From Scenedesmus sp. PABB004 (taxonomy: Eukaryota): a stretch of 64,000 bases of DNA. The stretch spans positions 2,852,001 to 2,916,000 of the forward strand of contig CM026547.1 of the NCBI GenBank assembly GCA_014905635.1. Direction: 5' to 3'. This document shows, piece by piece, positions 54,491-64,000 of this stretch. The notes beneath the pieces were generated by a model. It saw nothing but the letters and a program-made list of their open reading frames with translations, made no database searches and was not told the DNA's origin. Positions within the stretch are counted from its first letter, which is position 1, and each line of letters opens with the position of its first letter. The position numbers and the translations under genes are program-made.

Positions 54491-56085
54491 CTCCGGCAGG
54501 TCGGCCGCGATCGCGCTGCTCATCTCCGCCACGATGTCGGGCGGCGGCTCCCCGCACGCCTGCATCTGCGCGCGCGGGCACGGCCGGCGCGGCCGCGGGC
54601 GCGGTCGCGGGGGAGCCTGCGGCGGCGCGACCGCCAGCGGCGCGCGCGCCCGCCCCGTCCGCGCCGGCGCCGGCAGCGGCGCGCCGCACCTCCTGCAGCA
54701 GCGCCATGATGCGTGGCGTGTTGTGCGGCTCGTCGTCGTACGCGGCCACGAGCCGCACGATCGCCGCGTGCTGCGCGCGGTAGCGCTCGAGCTCGTCGGC
54801 GCCCACGCCGCTCCCCGGCGGCGCCGCCGCCTGGGCCTCCAGCCAGGGCGGGTACTTGGCAGCGATCTCCTGCGCGGGAGCGGGGCGCGCGCTCGGTCAG
54901 GGCGGGGCAGCGAGCAGCACGCGGCTCGCTCGCTCGCCGCGGGGCGCTCGCGCGCCTCCCGCCGCGCAGCGCAGCAGCAGCAGCATGCACACGCCTCGCC
55001 CGCCCGCCCGCCCGCCTCCCCCGCCGCCCGCCCCGGCGCGCCTTCATGGGCGTGTAGAGCACGTCCTTGCTCAGCAGGTGCTGCATCACCACGTCCACGA
55101 TCGCGCTCATGCCTGGGTCGCCAGCCGCGCCGTCGCCGCCCAGCGCGGCCGCGGCGGCGGCCGCGGCGCCCGCGGGCGTCGGCCGCGCGCGGCTCTGCTC
55201 CGCGACCGTGCGCTGCGTCTGCTCCGCCAGCGCCGCGAGCACGGACGAGCCGCCGCCGCGCGGCGCGGCGCCGCCGGGCTCGCCGGGCGGCGCGTCGGCG
55301 TCGCCCTCCGGGTGCAGCGCTGCGCGGCGCGGCGTCGGGCGGGCGGGCGGGCGGGCGGTCGGGCGGCGCCCTCCCCGGCGTGCGCGCCGCGCGCCGCCCC
55401 GCCCGCGGCGGGCGCGCGCGCACCCGACGACCACTCGCTGACCAGCTTGGCGAGGTCCTCCTGCAGCTGGTGCACCTGCGGCGTCAGCGCCGGCCGCGCC
55501 GCGCCGCCGCCGCCGCCGGGCTTGGCCTTCCGGCGCTTGAGCGGGTCAAACTGCAGGCTGCCCTTGGGCGGCGCGGGCCCCGCCGCACTGGCCGCGCTGC
55601 TGCTGGCCGGGCCGGGCTGGGCGTCGCCTGCCGGCTGCCGCGCCTGCTGCTGCTGCTGCGGCGGCGGCTGCGGCTGCGCCGGCGACTGCGGCTGCTGCTG
55701 CTGCGGCGGCGGCTGCTGCGGCGGCTGCTGCGGCGGCGCTTGTTGGCTGCGAACGGCGGTGGCAGCGGGCGGCGCAGGGGTGGGTGGGCGGCGCACGCCG
55801 CGGCCCCGCGCGGCCCTTGCGCATGCACGCGCGCGCCGGGCAGCAGCAGCAGCGGCGGCGCCGGCTCCCGCGCGCGCCCCGCACCTGCTGCTCGGCCGCT
55901 GCGGCTGCGGCGGGCTGAAGCTGAAGTCGTCGCCGGCGTCGTCGCCGTCGTCGTCGAAGCCCGCCAAGGCATCTGCGGCGGCCCGGCGGCCGCGCGTGGG
56001 CCCGGCGAGCGCCGGCGCCGCTGCCGCCGGCGCCGCGTGCGTTGCGCGCCGCCGCACCCTCCAGCACCGCGTCCAGACGGCTCAT
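54368..56085 (-). CDS. PEX19: Peroxin 19 (peroxisomal membrane protein chaperone) with CaaX end
   Basis: VMQHLLSKDVLYTPMK|EIAAKYPPWLE, ELERYRAQ, IMALLQE|MQACGEPPPDIV, C-terminal CPVQ*. Confidence 0.92.
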
Positions 56086-56530
56086 GGCGTCGGTGGGCGT
56101 CGTGGGACGCACGCAGCGGCGGGCTTGCGCTCGGCGCCGGAGGCGAGTGCGGCCTCGGCCAACAGAATGCTGTCGTGAAGGGCACCGCGGCGCGCGGCGG
56201 GGCCTGGCTGCGCGGTCGTGATGCCGTGCGAGCGATCACTGACGGCAGGTTGCGGCGGGTCAACTTGCGCGGCCGTGGGGTTCGAGGGACTCGGGCGTGT
56301 GCAGGCACGCCTCCACGACTTTGCTCCGGCCGCGCCGCCGTGACCGGTGCGCCACCCCCTGGGCTATCGCGCACCTTCAGCAGTCCCCCCGGCACCGCAC
56401 CGCCATCCCCGCGTGCCCCCACAGCCACGGGCACACTCCCCATCTCGCGAGGCTGCCCGCCGTCTCCCGCGCGCCCTGCGCCGCGCCGGCCCGCCGCACG
56501 CCTCTCACAGCGTCCAGGAACCTTTCCGCC

Positions 56531-57918
56531 ATGCACCTGACCCGCCAGCACGTCGCCAGCGGCGCCTGCCAGGCCAGGCGGGCGCGTGCTGCTGTCGTGG
56601 CCGCCCCCGGGGGGCGGCCTCGACACGCGGCCCGGCCGCCCGCCGCGACGGCGGCGCCCGAGGGGCTCAGCTACAAGGCGGCGGGCGTGGACATCGCCGC
56701 GGGCGACGAGCTCGTGCGCCGCATCCAGAAGCTCAACCCGAGCATCGGCGGCTTCAGCGGGCTCGTGCCCTTTGGCGACTCCTTCCTCGTCGCCGGCACC
56801 GACGGCGTCGGCACGAAGCTCAAGCTCGCGTTCGACATGAACAAGCACGACACGGTCGGCATCGACCTCGTGGCCATGAGCGTGAACGACATCGTGACCA
56901 GCGGCGCCGCGCCGATGTTCTTCCTCGACTACTACGCCACCGGCGCGCTCGACGTCGACGCCGCGGAGCAGGCACGCACCGACGCGCCGGGCGGTGGCGC
57001 CGCGCGCCGCGCGCGCTGCGCGCCACGCCCTGCGCGCTGCGCGCCCCAGCCTGGCCGCCCGCCGCGGCGGGCCGCCAGCCGCCGCCCGCCGCTCACAGCC
57101 GCCCCCCCCGCCCTTCCTCTCCCCCCCCCTCCCCAGGTCATCAAGGGCATCGTGGAGGGCTGCCGCCAGTCGGGGTGCCAGCTGCTGGGCGGCGAGACGG
57201 CGGAGATGCCCGGCTTTTACGCGGCGGGCGAGTACGACCTCGCAGGCTTTGCCGTCGGCAGCGTGAAGCAGGACCGCGTCATCGACGGCAAGTCCATCGC
57301 CCCCGGCGACGTCGTGCTCGGCATGGCCTCGAGCGGCGTGCACAGCAACGGCTTCAGCCTCGTGCGCAAGGTGCTCGAGGTCTCGGGCACGAGCCTGCAC
57401 GACCCCGCGCCCTGGGGCGGCGGCATCACCGCGGGCGCCGCGCTGCTGGAGCCGACCGTCATCTACGTCAAGCGCGTGCTCGCGCTGCACGACAAGGCAC
57501 GCGCCCGACGCCGCCGCCGCCGCCGCCGCCGCGCCACGCTGCGTGCTGGCGCCGGCCCGCCGTGCCTCACCCCGCCTCGCCCCGCCCGCGCCCGCGCCCG
57601 CGCCCGCGCGGCCGCCAGGTGCCGGTGAAGGGCCTCGTGCACATCACTGGCGGCGGCATGACCGAGAACATCCCGCGCGTCATCCCCAAGGGCCTGGGCG
57701 TGCAGATCTCGACGTCGGCGTGGGCGCTGCCGCCGATGTTCCAGTGGATCCAGGAGAGCGGGCGCATCAGCGACGCCGAGATGCGGCGCACGTTCAACTG
57801 CGGCATCGGCATGGTCGCGGTCGTCCCGCCCGAGGCGGTCGCCGCCGCGAAGCAGGCCGACCCGGGGCTGTTCGAGCTCGGCAAGGTCGTGACCGGCAGC
57901 GGCGTGACCTACGTCTGA
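56531..57918 (+). CDS. purM: Phosphoribosylformylglycinamidine cyclo-ligase (AIR synthetase), organelle-targeted
   Basis: [79 protein letters not shown]. Confidence 0.96.
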
Positions 57919-58693
57919 GCCGCACCTGCAGGCGGCGCACGCACTGCGCACGCGGCGCGCAGCGCGACGCGCGCGCCTGTGGTCGGCGCCCGGGGGCCGC
58001 GGGCGCATCACGCCCAGCAGGGTGGGCTGGCCTTGTGTGTGCTCCCGGCCAGGCGTGTGACTGTGTACATGAAACTCTGTTGGGGGAGCTGGGCGTTGCG
58101 CCCGTCCCTGCTGCCGCTGCTGCGCGGCGGGGCGGCGCCTGCTGTGACCGTCGGCTGGCCTCGACCTTGTGTGCGATCGCGCTCGCGAGCCGATCCGCCG
58201 ACCGCCGTTACCTCGAGCAGCAGGCGCCTCGAGCGCGCCGCCCAGAGCCGCTGGTCAAGGCAGTGCGTCACACACCGCAGTGCGCGGCGGCAGCTGAAGG
58301 GCAGCTGCCGCAGAGAGAGGCTAGTCTAGGATGGCGTCATGCACGACTAGCGTCAGCTGCCCAAGTGGTGTGCCGCCCCCGCCCGCGCTGGGGGGCGTCA
58401 GTCAGTCGCCGGCGCACGCGCGTGCTTGCAAGGGGCAAAGCACGCGCGCGCCGCTCCACCCGCGTCAGGTCAAAGCGCGTGCGCGCACGCACACACGCGC
58501 ACCCATTCACGCTGCGGTCAATGTACTCTACAGGAGTGGCGCGGCTCCCAGGATGGGGAGCGGCGGGCAGAGGAGGGATAACCACGCCGCACACGCACAC
58601 AAACACACACGCACTCCCCCACCCACCCCCTCCTGCCACGCCTGCACGCTGCGTCGCCGGCCCCGGGCCGCGCGCGGCGCCGGCGCGGGCGCC

Positions 58694-59164
58694 TCAGAAC
58701 GGGCAGACCGCGCTTGCGAGGCGCACGAGGCCGCGCGGGCACATGCTGGGGTGGTCGCTCACCTCCTCGCGCTGCGTGACGCAGGCGAGGATGGTGTCAG
58801 TCAGCACGTCCCGCCCGCCCCCGAGCCCGTCCTCGAGCAGCAGGTCGGTGTGCGTCTTGCCCGGCAGCAGCGCGACGTGGCTCGCCACGCCCGCCGCGCT
58901 CAGCGCGTCGCTCAGCAGCAGGCTGCTCGACGCCGGCACCGACTTGTCCGCAGTGCCGTGCAGCAGCAGCACGGGCGGCATGAACGCGGCGACCCCCGGC
59001 GGCGCGGCGCGCGCAGCGTGCAGCGGCGACAGCAGCTCGTACGCGACCTGCGCCCGCGGCGCGGCCGGGGGCCGGGGGTGAGTGGGCCGGGCCGCCCCTG
59101 CTCCCCGCCGAGCGGCCGCGCGGCGGGGAGGCGGTCCGCCGCCCGCCTCCCCTCCCCGGGCGGG

Positions 59165-59200
<36 letters not shown>

Positions 59201-60484
59201 GCCGCGGGCCGCACCCGGCCGTCGACGCTCATGATGGTGTCCAGCAGCTCCTTGTACAGCCCCCGCGCGTGCAGGTGCGCGGCGAGGCCCTCCAGGTCGT
59301 AGGCGCCGCTCACGCCCACAAACCCCGCGAGCGCCGCCGGGTGCCACAGCGGCGCGCCGCCGAGCACCGCCGCGCCGGTCGCGGCCTGCGCCGCCTGGCT
59401 GAGCAGCGCGCGCATCGCGAGCTGCCCACCCGCGCTCTGCCCGACCAGCCACACGCGCTCCGGGTCGCCGCCGCGGCGCTCAATCTTGCGCAGCACCCAC
59501 GCGATGCCGGTGTTGACGTCCTCGAGCATGTCCAGCGCGCTGCCCTGCGGCGCCGCCGCGCGCGCGGCGGCGACAACAACGCGGCGGCGTCAACGCGGCG
59601 GCGACAGCGCGGCGGCGTCAGCGCCGCGGCGGCAGCGGCGGCGCAGGGCGGGGCGTCGCCCGGGGGACGTGGGCGCGGCCGCGGGGGCGGGGGCGCCTGC
59701 GGGCGCGCGCCTGCGGGAAGTTCCTGTAGTCGAGGCAGGCTGTGATGACGCCCGCGTCGCACAGGCGGCGGCCGAGCAGCGCGCCCCAGGCGCGGTAGCC
59801 GATCGTCCACGCGCCGCCCGTGACAAACACGACCACCGGCAGCGCCGCGCCGCCGGCGCCGGCGGTCTTGGGCAGGTAGAGGTCGAGGGCCTGCCGCGGC
59901 TGCGGCGGGGCGGCGGGCGGCGCGTCGGGGCCGCGCCGCCGGCGGGGCGGCGGGCGGCGAGCCAGCCGCGCGGCGCCGGCCAGCCGCGCGCGCGGGGCGC
60001 GGCCGGCGGCGGCGCACCTTGCGGCCGTACGCGACGCCGCGCGTGACGCGCGGGCTGGTGGCGTAGTAGTGTATCATTTGCAGGAAGCCGGGCAGCAGGA
60101 AGAGCGCGTACAGCGCCAGCCGCGCCGCCTGCGCGAGCCAGAGCCAGCCGAAGCGCAGGTACCTGCGCCGCGCGGCGCGCGGGCGGCGGCGAGCGCGGCG
60201 GCGTGTGCGCTGCGCCGGCGCCGCCCAGTGCGGCGTGCGCCCGCCCGCGCCGCTGTGCCGCCCACGGCCGCGCTGCGGCGCACGCACGTCCAAAGGCGCA
60301 GCGCGAGGCCCGCCAGCTCCCAGGCCTTGAGCACCGCCGCCTCCACCCACTGCACCGGGCTCAGGGCCACGGCCAGGTCGGCAAGCGAGTCGCCGCTGAT
60401 GCTGTGCAGGCGCCTGTGCCGCGCGACGCCGCCGCCACTGCTCTGCCGCGCCGAGAGCAGCAGCGCGCGCGTGGGCGCCGCCAT
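58694..60484 (-). CDS. ICME: Isoprenylcysteine alpha-carbonyl methylesterase (ICME/ICMEL family)
   Basis: [61 protein letters not shown], ends VCPF like plant ICME proteins. Confidence 0.9.
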
Positions 60485-60814
60485 GGCGGCGGACCCTGCC
60501 CACGCCGGACGGCAAGGACACCCGGCGCACGCCGGAAGGCCGTGCGCGGCGCTGGGGCACGCGGTGCGGTGCGCGGGCGAGAGGGCGCGCGATTGCCAAC
60601 AACGTCTGACGGGGGCCGAGGCCGGACAGACGCGGCCCGCCCGCTCCGCTGTCGGCGGCGGATGCCGCGGGAGTGGCGCGCGGGAGGGGGGCGGCGGTCA
60701 GGGCCTGGGCGCGTCGGTGAAGTGACGGCGGCGGTTGCGCGGGGCGCGGCGGCGGGTGTGCGCGCGCCGTCAGGCCTGGCCCGAGTTGCACAGCTCCCAG
60801 GCGTCCAGGCCAGC

Positions 60815-63246
60815 TCACCCAGCGCCACCGCCGAGCTCCCCGAGCTCCTCGCCCGCCGGCTCGAACGCGCCCGGGTCCAGGCCGCCGTGCCGCGCGCGCT
60901 CTGAGACTCGCCGCGCGGCCCAGCTCACGCCGCACGCCGCCTCAAACTCCGCCAGGCTCACCGCCGTGCCCAGGCCCCACACGCCGCCGGGCGCCCAGTC
61001 CGCCTCGCACGGCGGCGCGGCCGCCGGCGCCGGCGCCGGTTCCGGCGCGCCGCCGCCAGCCCCGCCCGCCGCCTCGCCGCGCAGCACCTGCAGCACGCGC
61101 GCCTGCGACGCGGCGCGCGCCGCCGCGTCGACACAGCCGCTGCCCTGGTAGCTCGCGGCGCGCGCGCTGCGCTCCCACTGGTGGAACGCGAGCGGCAGCG
61201 CGGGCGCCGCGACGCGCCAGCCGCGCGTGGCCATGCGGGCGAGCATGTAGGACTCCTCCCCGAAGAACAGGTGCGGCAGGTGGGGGCAGTACGGCACCTC
61301 CGCCAGCCACGCCGACGACGCAAAGCTGAAGCCCGCCGCCCAGAACAGGCTCGGCACCGGGCCGGCCGGGCGGCGGCGCAGCGTGCTGCGGGCAGGGGGT
61401 GGGGCGAGGGGTGAGGGGGAGGCGCGGCGGGTGGGCGGCGCGCGCACGCCAGGGCGGCCGGGCGCCGCGCCGCGCGCCGCACCGCGCGCGGATGCGCAGC
61501 AGCCCGTCGCCGTCAAAGCCGCTCGCACACAGCAGCGTCGCGGGGGCGTCCTCTGGCGCGGCCGCCGCGGCGCCGTCGCCGCTGTAGCCGGGCGGGTAGG
61601 TCGAGAGCGACACGCGGGCGCTGCCCGCGGCCGCCTGCGCCGCGGCGAGCTGCTGCAGGCAGAGCTCGTCCCAGTGGCGCGCGAAGCGCATGTGCGCGTC
61701 GACCTGCAACACAAACTCCTCGCCGCCCCACAGCGCCGCCGCGAGGGCGCGCGCGGCGACGGGCCCCGCGGCGGCGCGCCAGTGCAGCCGCGCCTCGCGC
61801 ACCTGCGCGTGCGACCGCGCGTGGCAGCGGCGTGGGCGCGCGCGCGGCAGCTCCCGCCCAGAGCGCCCCACCGCGGCCGCGGCGCGCGCGGGCACCTGGT
61901 GGCGGAACGGCGCGGTGCTCGCGCCGCCCGCGACGCGCGTGAGGTGCGCGTCGGCGTCGGGGTCGACCTGCCACACCACACCGACGGTCACGCGCTCGGG
62001 GCGCGCGGCCTGGCGGAAGAGGTCGCGCAGCGTCCACTGCGTCTCGGGGTCGCGGAACGACGCCACGCTCACAAAGATGCGCGGCGCCGCAGGGCCCCCG
62101 GGCGGCGGCGCGCGGGGTGCGGGCAGCGGCGGCGCGGCCGCGAGCGGCAGTGCCGCGCCGCCGCGCTCGCCGCCCTCGCCGCCCTCGCCCGCCGCGCCCG
62201 CGCCGCCGCCGGAGCCCGCGCCGCCGGCGGCGTAGAAGAAGGCGGTGATGGAGTAGCGGTGCCGGTGCGCGGGCAGCACCTCGTGCTGCAGGCCGGCCTC
62301 AAACACGAGGACCCGCCCCGCCAGCGGCGCCACGAGCGTGGCGGGCTCGCCGCGCAGGTGCCCGAGCGGCTCGCCGCCGCCGCCGCTGTCGCCGTGCGTC
62401 GCGTGGGCCGCGTTGTACAGCGCCAGCGCCCCGCCGTCGCGCTGCGGGTCCCAGCCGAGGTTGAGGTACAACAGCGCCGTCACGCTGCGCCCCGGCACCG
62501 CGGCCGACGCGTCCGCGTGGCGCACGTAGCGCGCGCCGCCGCCGGGGTAGCACGCGACCTGCACGCTCACCCGCCCGCCCACGTCGTAGCTGCGGCGCGG
62601 CGCGGCGCGTCGGCGGGCGCGGCGGGAGCGGCCGCCGGGCGCGGCCCGCGCGGCGCGCGGCCGCGCAGACCCACCCCTGCTGCTGCAGCTGCGACCGCAG
62701 GCCGTCCAGCATCGCCACCGCCGCCGCCAGCAGCGGCGCGCCGCCCGCGGCGAGCTCGTCGGCGCTGGCCCAGCTCGCGACGTCGCCGCGCGCCGCGGCG
62801 TCGGCCCAGCGCCCCCCGGCCGCCGCTGCGCCCATGCCCGGGCGCCGCCCCCGTGCCGCGAGCCAAGCCTCCGCCGCGGCCGCCACGGCCTGCGGCGCGC
62901 GGCGGCGGCGGCGGCGTCTGAGCCGCGTGCGGCGGAGAGGAGCGGGCGCGCCGCCGGCAGCGAGCAGCGGTGCCCGACGTGCGCGCGCCTGCGCCTCGCC
63001 CTCCGACAGCGCGCCGTCCAGGACGCACGCCCGGGCGTCGCCCAGGAGCGGCAGCACGAGGCGCCGCCGGGCGATGGCCGTGGCCGCCGCCCCGGGCGGC
63101 ACCGCCGCGCCCGCGCTCGGCGCAGCGCCGCGCGGCGACCGCGGCGTCGCGGCGACGGCCGACGCCCCGTCGGCCGCCGCAGCGCTGACGATCTTGCGCT
63201 TGACGTTGTCGGGGAGCAGCGCCGCCAGCGCCGCGAGGTCGTCCAT
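60815..63246 (-). CDS. Fusion: EGLN/PhyA-type 2OG-Fe(II) prolyl 4-hydroxylase + GT60 Gnt1-like hydroxyproline GlcNAc-transferase
   Basis: P4H: RGDVASW, VACYPGGGARYVRHAD, TALLYLNLGW, GGAL, PLAGRVLVF, HEVLPAHRHRYSITAFF. GT60: IFVSVASFRDPE, LQVDAHMRF, LSTYPPGY, FWAAGFSF, EVPYCPHLPHLFFGEE, FHQWER. The two domains are contiguous in ORF 60942..62582. Confidence 0.85.
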
Positions 63247-64000
63247 GGCCGCGCAGCGCGCGCGCCGACAGCAGCAGCGGGCGGCGCGGGCGGCGCGGGC
63301 GGCGCGGGCGGCGCGGGCGGCGCGGGCGCGGGCGCCAGCCACGAGGCGTGGGTCGCGGCGCAGAGCTAGGCGGCCGAGCGTGGGGCCCGACTTTTCTCCG
63401 CGCGCGCGCGACCCGCCGGCGGTTGCGGCGTGACGAGCGGCACAGCGGCGCCGCGCCGCCGCCGCCGTCCAGAGGCCTCGCCCGCCCGCGCGGAGCCCTC
63501 ATTTGTGTTCCTCCGCTGCGTCGACCGCGCCCGCCCTCGCGCCGCGACCGAGGGCAGCAGAAACGCCGAAACGCAGGCCAACGCGCCCCGCCCGGGCCAA
63601 TCCGGCGACGCCCAGCACGCGTTAGCGACTACCCCGGTCCCGACGCCGCCGCGGGCGCGCGCGCGCGCCCGGAGCAGCACCCGAGCGCTCGAGCGCGCGG
63701 CGCCGCCGCCGCCGGCGATGCGGGCATGAGGGCGCCCCGCGCCGCGGGCCAGGACACGCAGAGGTGGGCGGGGGCTCTGGGGGAGCAGCCAGCCCGCGCG
63801 GCCGCCGCCGCGGCGCGCGCCGAGCTGCAGCCAGCCCCGCGCCGGCGGCGCTGCCCCCCGCCGCCGGCGGCCGCGCCCCGGTCGCCGGCTGCCCGCGCGC
63901 GCGCGCCCCCAGCTCGCGCTCCGCGTCAGAAGCTCGGGTGCGTGCCGCGCCAGCTCACGCGCCGCGCGGCGGGGGGCCGCAGGTGCGGGCGCGATGCCTC

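Noticed and set aside
63600..64000. Possible start of another plus-strand gene at the window end
   Set aside because: No recognisable coding motif in the available sequence.

Overview
Gene-dense, extremely GC-rich (roughly 80% by eye) eukaryotic nuclear DNA with many short spliceosomal introns. Chloroplast-type genes (HCF101, PTST1-like, OPR protein, plastid ASD and PurM), TGTAA 3' elements and the intron style point to a chlorophyte green alga. The organism is inferred, not proven. I can support 23 protein-coding genes, reconstructed by joining recognisable exons across the ORF track, so exon edges and some starts are approximate. In order: HCF101, FANCD2, PTST1-like, MAM33, two CK1-like kinases, a 2-TM plastid protein, an FHA-RING-ARM-TM protein, LDAH, ASD, Rab-GDI, an RRM protein, a secreted 15-aa-repeat protein, GST, a Q/H/R-rich protein, CDKD, ATXR3/SDG2, an OPR protein, WDR55, PEX19, PurM, ICME and a prolyl-4-hydroxylase/GT60 fusion. 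The top candidate for an undescribed system is the last gene. It encodes one cytosolic-looking polypeptide joining an EGLN/PhyA-type prolyl hydroxylase to a Gnt1-type (GT60) hydroxyproline GlcNAc-transferase, i.e. steps 1 and 2 of the protist Skp1 O2-sensing pathway. Other notable signals: near-perfect strand alternation (10 divergent pairs), very frequent GC-AG introns, an 8-nt microexon, a head-to-head kinase paralog pair with shared introns, and an internal exon-intron duplication. No rRNA, tRNA, CRISPR or transposase was recognised. Most long ORFs in the supplied track are GC artefacts.
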